This document shows positions 26,701-37,360 of a stretch of 64,000 bases of DNA, piece by piece. The position numbers and the translations under genes are program-made. A model generated the notes under the pieces. It was given only the letters and a program-made list of their open reading frames with translations. It had not been told where the DNA came from and did not search any database. Origin of the DNA: Oikopleura dioica (lineage: Eukaryota > Animalia > Chordata); assembly GCA_907165135.1 (NCBI GenBank), contig OU015568.1:5766001-5830000 (forward strand), read 5' to 3'. Numbering within the stretch: the stretch's first letter is position 1; every line of letters starts with the position of its first letter.

Positions 26701-26903
26701 GGTCCTACAGTGTCACGTCCTAGCTCCAGACTTACTGATTTTGGTTTGCCCCAAAAAGTTTCTCTTTTATAAGCTCCAAAACTTAAAAAGATACCAGTAA
26801 AAACGAGATAAAGAAGAAGAAGGCATAAGCAGGCTGAAAGTACGACAGTAAGTAAAAAAGTAAGTCTCTCTTTAAGAGGAAGCTCTGACAATTCTTCATC
26901 CAT
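23702..26903 (-). pseudogene. Multi-TM + protein kinase + papain-like fusion gene, disrupted by a TE and a 1-nt frameshift
   Basis: Hydrophobic N-terminus; kinase GGEAIILKE...AVRVQAFDPFL, HENVIRHF, IMEFAEDNL, HYDRKLENILL, KIIDYGL; C-terminal DQKSSQLCVP/HQMTV/LQNT. Insertion 26276-26752 and a frame change at an A-run near 25742-25745. Confidence 0.65.
26276..26752. mobile_element. Foldback TIR element with 30-bp subterminal tandem repeats, 8-bp TSD
   Basis: Inverted arms carrying 5 and 3 copies of an AAGAAAGTATCATACATTGAAG-type unit; TSD AAAAAGTT at 26268-26275 and 26753-26760. Confidence 0.9.
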
Positions 26904-27215
26904 ATTTTCACTCTAAAAAAAACTCTCGAGATGGCTGTTCAAAGTCGCGCTTCTCATGAAGAATGATTTTACGACGCGAGCCGTTGGTAACGATCGTTAA
27001 AAACGATTAAATTTTAGTCAGAAAACAGGATGTCTTGAACAATAAGGCTCGCTAAAGAAGTAAAAATTGGATCGACCATCCCTAGGGTTACTTTTGAATT
27101 GAAATCCAACGCTTTGAGTTCTGTGCAGCTCAAACATGTTAAATCGAATAAACAAAAAATTGTTTATTGACACGGAAACTGAGTAACAGTTCATTTTCGC
27201 AGTTCTTGGAATCGG

Positions 27216-29289
27216 ATGAGAAAAATGAAGCTCTTTTTACTTCATTATTTGTTGAGATTTGGCGAGTCGCTAGACAGAGAATGCCTCGATCGAAACGATC
27301 CTCTTGGCAAAAACTACAACGGAGTTCAAAGTACAACTGGCGCAGGCCTTCGATATCCACAGCGAAAATGCGGCATGTGGAAGCCTCGAAGCGGCATGTT
27401 TCACAATTACTGTAGAAATCCAGATAACAGCCCACAGGTTTGAACGCTGATAAAATGATGCCTAAAATGACGGTAAGGGACCGTGGTGCTGGGTTGAAAG
27501 AAGTGAGTGGCGCGCTGGTATGCCCAAATATGTCGGTGTCAAAATTAAAACACGATTTTTTCTAAATCTTACATTTGAACTAAAAGTTTTGCAACTTTGC
27601 TGTGTTCTTTTGACAACCAAAAAGAGGGATACTGTAATATACCTTTTTGCGATGAAATAAATCCACCAACAACTAAAACAACAACAACAACGACTCGAAC
27701 GAGAGCAGCAACTCGACGAACAACTACGACTAGAAAAACAACAACAACATCGACAACGAGAAGAACATCATGGGCAAGAAATCGGGTTTTCAAACAATCT
27801 TTGCCTCAAAAAATTTCACTCTCTAAAAACCAAAAAAAGAGCAAGTTGGACTCCTCGACCAACAACTCTCCCAACAACAAGAACTACAACGAAGGGTTAT
27901 CGTCGTGGTTTTTCCCGCTGTCACGTGGATTCCCAGTCCTGCGGCAAGATTTCTGGAATTTCCTGCATTTGCGTTGGAAAACGCTCCGGTCCAAGATGCA
28001 ACTGTAATTTTCGAGTTGACTGCCTCGAATTAATTTTTTTAGTCAAAGATCCGAATGATCAATTTTCGCACCAGCGAGCGGCTTTGACATTCATCGAAAA
28101 CGGAGAAATCGCGAAAGAAACCTTCGAAACATGTCCTGATCATTATCGCCGGAAGCGACGATCAGTGGATTACGATAACTTATACGGCGACGATGGTGAA
28201 CAAGAACAATCGCACGAGTACGACATCGGAGAGGAAGATTACTCGGACGAACTGTCGGATGACTACATCGATCAGCATTACGACGAGCTGGAGGAGAAAT
28301 ATGATGCCTACAGAGCCGAGAAAGATGCAAAGAGAAATTCATCGCAGCACATTGTCGCTGGACATCGTCGAGTCCACAATGGAGAAGAAGGGATTTTCCC
28401 TTTTTTCGTCGCAATTCGGACTTCTACAAATGTCCATTTCTGCGGCGGAGCATGTGAGAACGCAATGAATTCGAGAAATCATCATATTTTTAGTGTACGA
28501 TGAAAATACAGTTATAACAGCAGCTCACTGTTTCGCCGACCGAGGAACCAGGGCATCTCGATTTCGAGTGACAATGGGCCACAGGCAAAGAAAATGGAGA
28601 ACTGCAAGAAGAGAAAATGGATTTCAAGAGTTTCGAGTCAAAGAAATCATCAGTAAGAGTACTGTCAAGAGCGTCAGTTTCAGTTTTTAGTGCATAAGCG
28701 ATTCCAACACGGTGATTTTTTGAATGATATTGCGATTGTGAAGCTCAGTAAATCAGGTATTCAAAGCTTCCTTGACCTCCTTTTCCCTTCCTTCCTAGCG
28801 AAATTCACCGAATTCGTCCGACCAGTTTGCCTGCTCCCGGATTGCTACGAGCTTCCACCTGGTACCACCGCCATCGTAGGCGGCTGGGGGAAGAACGAAG
28901 GAGACGAGTTCACCCAAGTCTTCAATTTCGCCACCGCCCATGTTTTTGACAGCGAAGAGTGCAACAGATTCGCAGGCGCGGATTACACCAGAAGGGACGG
29001 AAGCCAACTTTGCATTGGGTACAAGGAAGGAGGGATTGATACTTGCCAGGTGAAAGAAAATGAACTGATAGAGGGGGAATTTTCTAGGGCGATTCTGGAG
29101 GACCTGCAATTGCGAATATCGATGGCAGTTGGACCTTGATTGGCGTCGTTTCTTACGGGTAAGGATTAAGGGTATCTCTTCCGACTTTACGAATTTTCTA
29201 GCGATGGCTGTGGGCAATTCAACAAACCAGGAGTTTTCACGAACATAATTCATCGATCTATTTCCGGCTTCTTGAAAGCAAACTTGTGA
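27216..29289 (+). CDS. Kringle + Thr-rich linker + EGF-like + trypsin-family serine protease
   Basis: NYCRNPD...GPWC kringle, poly-Thr stretch, CICVG...PRCN, triad TAAHC, NDIA, GDSGGP; S1 Asp in GIDTCQ. Confidence 0.9.
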
Positions 29290-29480
29290 ATAAAAATATT
29301 CTGACAGAAAATTCTGATTTCAGCAATTTATCGACTTCGGGGGAAAGTCGTTGATCCCGGAAAATGCCAAGGCCGATTTGACCAAGAGTGGTTTTAATTG
29401 TTTTTATGGTCTTTCAAATAGCATTTCCGAAGTGAATGCAGAAGCATCATTTTTTTCAGCACGCAAATTGAAGATTATAA

Positions 29481-31919
29481 ATGACGAGTACGACACCGAG
29501 CGTTCCTCACAGAAGAACTACTGTAGTTGAGCGTGAGTTTTTAAGGGATTTAAGGATGTTTGAGCGGCTGGTTTTCAGAGATTCTGGTCGATGAAGCAAA
29601 TGACAAAGATGAAACATGTTTTGGGTTGAGTTTTAAATCTAATTGAAAAAATTTTCACTTATTGGAACTAAAATTTGTTTTATTGGATTTGATATTAAAA
29701 CTCGTTAAAAAGTTGCTTGAAATTAAAAGTTTCTTCATTTCTTCACCACCCCGTTTTCCACGGATTCTACATTTTAGTCGTCATCGTTGACATCATGTGC
29801 ATCTACACGGAGCTCTTTGTCGAGCTAGAGCGCCTCAACTGTAAGAATTTCTTCATTTTCTTCACTTACAATCTTCAGTGGACGTTTGTGACTGCCCAGA
29901 AAATTTGGGTGAGCACGCATGCTTCGGGGCCGATTCACATCACAGAGAAGTTTTTCCCTTTTCTGGCAATTTAAGCGGAAACGATGATGGTTCTTGTACT
30001 GCTTATGAGAAATTCGAATGCGCCCAGCATTATCTTATTTTTATTTCTTTGGTGAGCACTTTTGATTTCCGGAAAACACGATGATTTCAGGGCTTGCTTT
30101 CTTTTTTCGCCTTCGAAATCATCATGAAGACAATTTTCGCGATCGATTCATACCGCCACCGAACGGAAATCGTCGATGCCATCGTTGTCATTGTCGCCAT
30201 CATCGTTACAGGTAAAATACAGTCAGGAAAGATCGAACTATCGAAGATAGTAGCTCAGTAGGAAGCCGCAAAATATTCCGTTCTGACCGCATTTCTTTGA
30301 AAACAATTAAAAATATGGCTTCTTTGAGTTTCAGTGAAATTCGAAATTGCCCAAATCAGGGATGTAAATCACCACAACCACCCCACCACTGTGGTGGGGT
30401 GATTTTCCACCACCACCTTTTTTCAGTGGTGGTGGTGGGGTGATTTTTCACCAACCACCATTTTCAGTGGTGGTGGTGGGGTGATTTTTCACCACCACCC
30501 TTTTTGAGTGGTGGTGGTGGGGTGATTTTTCACCACTCAAATGGTGGTTGTGGGGTGGTAAATCTATTGGCAAAATTATCTAAAAATATTCTTCAAAAGT
30601 GAAAACAATAAATAAAATCGAGATAGCGGTACTCGAAAAATGATACCTGGCCCTTTTTTATTGAAAAATAGGCTTTGATGATAAATTTATCACGTCGAAA
30701 ATGGTTACTGTGGGGAAATTTTTCACCATTTTCAGTGGTGGTGGTGGGGTGATTTTTCACCATCACCATTTTCAGTGGTGGTGGTGGGGTGATTTTTTTC
30801 ACCACCGACCACCCCACCATTTTGCTGTGGTGGGGTGAAAATGGTGGGGTGATTTACATCCCTGGCCCAAATATAAACGTAAAATGCTGTTTTTAGTCAT
30901 CGAAGTCGCAGAAGAAGAAGCAAACTTACACTCCCATTTGGTCTTTATCATTCTTTTTACTCTTCGTGTTATCAGGTGAGAAGTCGAAAATTAGTCGAAA
31001 AGTCGAAATTTAGTCGAAAGTCGAAAGAGAAGTCGAAAAGTCGAACGCAAGAATGTTATTCTTTCGACTAGATTTTCGACTTTTTCGACTAAATTTTCGA
31101 CTTTTTCGACCATATTTTTCGACTTTCTCAGAAACTTTGCCCTCGACTTTTTCGACTAGTCGACAATCTCGTTGACTCAAAGTGTCAAGTCGAGTCGACT
31201 TATTTCCACAAGCAGTCTAGTCGAGTCGACCTAGTCTTTTCGACTAAGACTCGACTCGACTTCGACTTTAGTCGAAACTCGACTAGTCGATTTTGAACCC
31301 TGGTCGTAATAGAGGAGAAAAATCAATCTTTCAAGGCTGGTAAATGGAGTGGCTACGCTGATTATCAACAATATCGAAACCAAAAAAGACGTTGTAGAAT
31401 TGAAATACAAAGAAGAGCTTGAAAAGTCAACGATTCTGCTCCTTCTTCATTCCATCGAAGAACATGCAGCGGAAGGAAAGCGCAATGAAATCAAGGAAGA
31501 AAGCCCGCCTCAAGAAAAAACGCCGGTGAATCCATACAACGACTCCAGGTAACCGAAAATGGCCATTTTTGACTGAAAATTTATCGATTTTCAGCTCGTC
31601 GGAAAACGACAATAACTCGGAATGGGTAACAACCACCACGATCAAAAGACAAATGTCTCAACGAAAGAAAAAGAAGCAACAAAGTAAGTGTTTCTCTGAA
31701 GATCCTCTTTTTTCCAAACAAATTCTAGAGCCATTGATTCACACTCGTCACGACTACGAAATCCGCCGGATGCTGAAGTTGAGAGAATACTGGGTCCGAC
31801 AACTGGAAGAAACGATGGCGAAAAATGACGAATCCGCTCATGAAATTCTCGAAGTCCATGCGTCAGAAATCACTTATTCTTCGAAAAAATCGTCGACAAG
31901 AAAAGTTCATCCTGCCTGA
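29481..31919 (+). CDS. Voltage-sensor-domain-only protein, Hv1/HVCN1-like (divergent)
   Basis: S1 VVIVDIMCIYTEL, S2 FFAFEIIMK, S3 EIVDAIVV, S4 LFTLRVIRLVNG, then a charged helical tail; no pore domain. Confidence 0.8.
30356..30864. mobile_element. hAT-like MITE, 509 bp, 8-bp TSD, in Hv1-like intron
   Basis: CAGGGATGTAAAT...ATTTACATCCCTG, CCACCA/GGTGGT-rich interior, TSD GCCCAAAT at 30348-30355 and 30865-30872. Confidence 0.92.
30975..31302. repeat. GTCGA/TCGAC-rich degenerate foldback, probable MITE remnant
   Basis: Dense GTCGAAAA and TTTTCGAC units; only one hAT-like end (TTTTGAACCCTG) visible. Confidence 0.6.
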
Positions 31920-32183
31920 AATTATTTTTCGAATAAAATTTGATAACTAAAGTCGGATTTTTTAATTGTCGCTCAAAACTCATGGGCTGAGAATTTCAAG
32001 CTACTGGTCAATTACTGATATTTTCTCTCAATAAAATAACCGTTAATTTTGACAAAAATTTATCGATTTTCAGATTTCTCAGGCTCTTGAACTGTAGTTT
32101 CTGGATCAGCAGTTACAGTAACAACAACTTCTTCTTTTTTCTCCTGCTCTTCGTTTGATTTGCTCTTAAACTCAAAAATAACA

Positions 32184-32910
32184 TCAAAAAGAAAAGCCGG
32201 GAAAAAGTACCTTTGGCGCGGCGGAAGGCTTTCTTGAAGATTTCCTCGCGTTTTTCTGAATTAGCTCTTTTACTTTCTCTTTCTTGGCTCCGACGAATCT
32301 GTCAACGACCTTGTTTTTCGAGTAAAAATGAAAAGTAGGGACGGCTTTGACTTTCATTTTCTTCGCGTAACCGGCGAGGATGTCGGTATCGACTCGGATG
32401 ACGAGGGTATTTGGGTGCTCGTGCTCGATTTGATCGATCCATTTTTCAGATTCTAGGGGTTTTATGCGAGGAAAAAGGGGATTGATAGGTTTTACCTGTG
32501 CATTGCTTGCACCACTTGGCAAAATATTCGACGATTGCAAGGGAACTCTCTTAAATTTTTGAAAGTTTAAGGGGAGGTCATTGGAAAACTCGATTTTTGA
32601 GAGCATTTATCATGGTGACACCCTTATTTTTTCGACTCAAAATGGAGGTTTGACATTAACAGTCTTTCGAGTCAAAAGTTTTGACAAAATAAAATATGGG
32701 TGTCTCTCTGTTAAATGAAAAAGACTGGGCTCAGCAACCTGTGTAGAAAACCTGAGTCAGGTTCTAAAGAGGTAAATGAAGCTCTTCAGAACCTAACTCA
32801 GGTTTTCTACACAGGTTACCGAGCCAAGGCAATAGAATCGGCTGTCAATCATCACCTGCAGTAGATAACTCATCGTATAATTCCTGCCTTGTGTTCACCA
32901 AAACAGGCAT
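32184..32910 (-). CDS. Thioredoxin-like protein (WCKQC active site)
   Basis: Exons give MPVLVNTRQELYDELSTA/ESSLAIVEYFAKWCKQCT/ESEKW...VIRVDTD...VKAVPTFHFY...DRFVGA. 3' end uncertain. Confidence 0.85.
32727..32825. mobile_element. Short family A MITE in thioredoxin intron
   Basis: GGGCTCAGCAACCTGTGTAGAAAACCTGAGT...ACTCAGGTTTTCTACACAGGTTACCGAGCC. Confidence 0.85.
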
Positions 32911-33719
32911 ATTTTCTCCTGACTTTTTACGTCTTCGATGTCTCCAACTCACAAGGCAACTTTTTCTCGAGTTCGATTTTCGCGGAAATAAATCCTTCCT
33001 TTTACAAGCCGCTAATTTGGCGCTCACAAAAGCATCTCTATTTGCGCTACTGGATACAATTGTGTCGAACGAGAATTCAATTCTTGCCCCTCTCGAATGT
33101 TGGGTTTCGTCGTCGATACTGAAAGTGTAAAGAAAGAAACAATCTGAAGAGTAAACGTAAAGATACTGTCGCGATTATACTCCGCTATTGACTCTTGCTA
33201 GCCTTGAGCATTTGAACAGCGGACTGTTAAATAACAAGTTTAACGAAGTTTAAAATACTAGTTCGGTCAATCAATAGTTTTTGCGTCAAAATGTAGCGCC
33301 CCCTTGTTCATCCTCTTTCTTTGTGCAAGTGTGCCCTTGTTCATCCTTGAGCCACGTGGCCTTCATCGTGAATGACCGAATCTACAGATCGAAGATAAAC
33401 TCTTTTGCGGCGCGATCCAAAATTTTCTAGATTTCTAGAGAGGCAACGTGGCCCAACGATGAACAAGGGGACACATGCTGGAAATTCATGTATGAACAAG
33501 GGAGCCCCCTTTTTATTTGACAGATAGAATACCGATTATCGATAATTCTTTTAATAATTAAATAATAAAAATTAATATTCTGTAAAAAATTAATTTTTCT
33601 TAAGATGACCAAAATTTATTATTGACACCCTTATCAGTTGTTGCAAAAGCGCAATTAGTTATTTAAATTTATTTTACTAAAACTTTCGCTTCCAGGCCAA
33701 GCTTGACAAGCTCGACCTG

Positions 33720-33800
33720 AATTGATCCGCGCGGCAAGCTTATCTCGCCATTTGATTGGTCGACAGCAATCGCGCGCGAATTCGGTTGCCTCGCTCGCCA
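33720..33800 (+). promoter_or_regulatory. Candidate cell-cycle promoter of the FoxM1-like gene
   Basis: ATTGG (CCAAT box) and E2F-like CGCGCGAA / TTCGCTCGCC motifs ~100-150 nt upstream of the ATG; motif inference only. Confidence 0.4.
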
Positions 33801-33893
33801 TTTTCGCTCGCCGATGGAAAACAAAATGGCCGTTTTTTAAGAGATTTCGACGCGAAAAAAGAAACGAAGAAAACGACAAAAACGAGAGAAAAT

Positions 33894-35758
33894 ATGGCGC
33901 TTTTGACTGAAAAACTTCCCGTCATGGATTTTGCTGGTCTCAGGTAAAATTATCGAATTTTTTAGTCGAAACCAAATTTTTCGTTCAAGAAGAAAAAGTC
34001 TTGAGCGACTTTCGCGAATTCCCTTGATTTTGCGAAAAAATCGACCAAGAAAGATCAAATCCGAGCCGGTTGTTTTTGAAAATGAGAATTTCGAGTCGAA
34101 AAAGATCGTGCCAGTAGAAGACGAACGACAAGAGAAAGAATACGACTGTGCCAAGAAACCGCCTTATTCTTACATGGCCATGATCGAGGTAACCCCTTAT
34201 TCACCCCTTTTTCCCAGAAATATGAAAATTTATTCGCTAGATGGCGCTTTCTTCGACCCCCGAGCACCGAATGTCGCTTCAAGAAATTTACCGCTGGATC
34301 GAGAACCGCTTTCTTTATTTCAAAACTGCCAAGCCGGGATGGAAAAACTCCGTCCGCCACAATTTGTCGCTCCACGACATTTTCTACAGGGACAGTCAAA
34401 ATACTTCCAAAGTGTCGTTTTGGTGCATGAAGAAGAAAGTTCAACAGCTGCCGAATATTGAAGATCTTGAAGGTAGCCCCTTAACTAATCCACCAAGCCT
34501 CTTAATGTTCCTTCGTTTCAGGTCCCTGCATTCCACAAAACCGCCTTCCTCGCCCCGATCTCGCTGCTCCTTCATCATCCGACAGCTTTTTCCTGAAACT
34601 CGAGCCTATTTCCGAAAACGCAGCTGAAAGCTTCGAAGCCTTCCAAACGCCGAAAAACCGCCAAGTCCTCTCGCAAATTTCCGTCAATCGATTGCAACCG
34701 CGCAATTCGCAGCAAAAGGAAAATATCTCGCCGACGATCTGCTCGAATTTGGAAAAGACGCCGACCATGCCATTTCGAAAACGAGTTCTGGGGGAGAGGA
34801 ATCTCAATTCTAGCGCGAGCCCGATTCAACAAAAGAACAGTCTTTTGGAGGTGCAGAAAGGAATTAGCCCCCCGAAAAGCCAGGACTCAGGTAAAAACTG
34901 CATATTTCTGAGATGGGCTCGGCAACCTTTGCTCAAAACCTGACTCAGGGCCTGAAAATGCTTGCTACGCGGCTTTTCAAGCCTTTTTGGGCCTGAGTCA
35001 GGTTTTGATACAGGGTTTCGAGCCCAGTTGACGACCTTGGACGGGGCTCGAGAACCTGTGTAGGAAACCTGAGTCAGGTTTCTGAAAGAGAACTCGGCTA
35101 TTTTTCAAGCTCTTTCAGACCCTGACTCAGGTTTTCTATACTTGTTGCTAAGCACTATCCAGGGAGTTCTGCTATCTTGAAATCATGAATTTTGTTTTCA
35201 GGTTTTCAATCGGATGCTACTTCCTCGACAACGCTGAACAACATGAATTGCGATCCAGCGACGCCAGTAAAGAACTGCTCCTTCGACGCGATCGTCGATC
35301 GATACTACGTCGACGACATCAACGAAATGAACTTCAGGTAATTCCTTCATCTCCCCGTCCTTCTTATTCTCTTTTCCAGTCGAGATTCGTTCATGGACTT
35401 CATCAACGACCTTGCCACGCCATTTTCTGCCCTGAAGAGTTCGACGAAAAAAGCTCATTCCTCGACGAAGAAATATCGATCGCCTTTCAATCCTATCCAC
35501 AGGTACTCAACTAGGCCACTTGCATTCTTCTGTAATGATGGATTCAGCTCAACTCCAGCGAGAAAACTCGACTTCGGGAACAAAAGAAAAAGCTCCTCCC
35601 GCGCTTTGTTCCAAGATGATGCCAATTCCAACAAAGAAAATCATGACGAAAGTCCCATTCCTTTCAAACGAGTCCCAACTGTAAGTCTCCCTCCTCTTTT
35701 CCTTCTTACAGTAACACTTCGTTTTTAGGCTCACAAGATAGAAGACCTCTTGCCCTGA
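33894..35758 (+). CDS. FOXM1: Forkhead box M1-like transcription factor
   Basis: KPPYSYMAMIE/MALSSTPEHRMSLQEIYRWIENRFLYFKTAKPGWKNSVRHNLSLHDIF...KVSFW, FoxM-type; S/TP-rich C-terminal exons. Final exon uncertain. Confidence 0.9.
34915..35155. mobile_element. Two adjacent family A MITEs (34915-35025, 35044-35155) in FoxM1 intron
   Basis: Both show GGCTCG...AACCT...CCTGA(C/G)TCAGG inverted arms. Confidence 0.8.
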
Positions 35759-36185
35759 CAAATCAACGACATTCCACGAAAAACGAACCAGAACCTCGAA
35801 ATTGCTCTTACATTTCCAAAAAAAGACAGCGACAGTTCAAAATGTTATGAATCTTACAAATATCTATTCTCCCTGTTTGTGTAGCAATCGGTGGCCCAAG
35901 AAAAAAACAAGTTCCAACTTCTCGGAAACCTCTCCTTTATCTCCCTCCTCTCTCTTTCCAACAGTTTCTAAGACTGACTTACCGTTATCCTCACTCTGAC
36001 AATTAGTATCAATTGCTCAGATTTTGTTCCTGTGTATGAAATTTAATAAAAAGTTCAACACTCTCTCATCCTTTTTTTGTGTTTTTTTTAAGTTTTTAGC
36101 CGAAAAAAGACTGCCCTCAAAAAGAGGTCAATAGAGCGCAAAAATGGTGATTTCTTACAAAAAATCTTCATTTTAATCATTTTTG

Positions 36186-36365
36186 AGGTCATTCGAGGTC
36201 ACATGACCCCGGAGAAAAAATTCATATGACCTCAAATGACCTGAAAAAGATGAAATGTATAGTTTTGACCGAGATAAATAGAGTTTAAAGCTGATAAGAT
36301 CATTTTCGGGGTCATTTGAGGTCACGTGACCTATTCTTTTGGGAGCACATGACCTTAGATGACCC
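36186..36365. repeat. Cluster of four RGGTCA-N4-AGGTCA (DR4) motifs
   Basis: AGGTCAttcgAGGTCA 36186-36201, TGACCTcaaaTGACCT 36227-36242, GGGTCAtttgAGGTCA 36309-36324, TGACCTtagaTGACCC 36350-36365. Confidence 0.8.
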
Positions 36366-37360
36366 CGCCAAGGTCAGTATTTTTTGTATGGCGGACCATA
36401 TCGCTCAAATTTAATGTATATGTTATAGCTATACTTCCGGTTTGAATTTATAACAAAAATATTTCTTTCGAATAATAAATTATAATTCAAATTCAAAATA
36501 AAAACGTCCGTAACCCAGGGTTATGGCCAGAAAAACGCTAATTCAGCCAAAAAATATAAAAAGCATGAATGTCTTTTTTTATTCGCGCGTTTTTTTTTCT
36601 TCCACTTTTATTGTCCCGCTGCTTTTCTTGCTCGGCCTCGTTATTTTTTTCTCAAGTTTTTTTGCTCTTTTCACTTCATTATTCAGCGCGCTTCAAAAAA
36701 TTGAATATTTTGAAATTAGCGAGATCGTTCTTTTTATTCGTAAAAAAGGGTCAAAAAAATCAGAAAATCAAAAAGTCAGTCAAGCGGCGTAAAAATCAGA
36801 TTTGGCGAAAAAACGAGGCCGAAAGAGAATTTGAGAAGAAGCCAAAAAAAAGGCCAAAAGCGAAAAGTGAATTTCAAGGGGGGAGCGAAGAGACTGAGAT
36901 TGAATAAACAAATGATAAAAAGAAGAGATTTTTGAAAACTGGATTGAAGAAAACTGGTAAGATCTGAACAGAAATATTATTTTTTCATTGAATTTCAACG
37001 GTAGAAAGTCAGTAAAAGGCTCAAAAATTTAGATATTTTTGACGAAAATGACCAAATTTTTCTGACCAAAAAACTGAGTATTTTTCGATCTAAAATTGGA
37101 CAAATTTATGATAAAAAAAATCTGATGAAAAAATGGAATTTGTAACCGGAAATGGCCAGGTTCTTTAATTCAAGATATTTTTTGGTCATAAATTTGCTCA
37201 ATTTCATAATTCTTGCGTAGTCTTTGTGACAAGAGCTGACAAAATTCAATGTCCTTTTTCTCGACCCCTTTTTATATAGAACTTCAGATACCATTCCCTC
37301 CTCAATATCAAAACCAACAACGAGCAGCTACTGTAGCCTCCAAATCTACCGTAGCTGTAA

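Noticed and set aside
26330-26720. 30-bp repeats as a CRISPR array
   Set aside because: Units are contiguous with no unique spacers, occur in inverted arms flanked by a TSD, and there are no cas genes in this eukaryotic DNA.
36523-36998. Phe-rich and Lys-rich ORFs as genes
   Set aside because: Low-complexity T-run/A-run sequence with overlapping ORFs on both strands and no recognisable motif or splice pattern.
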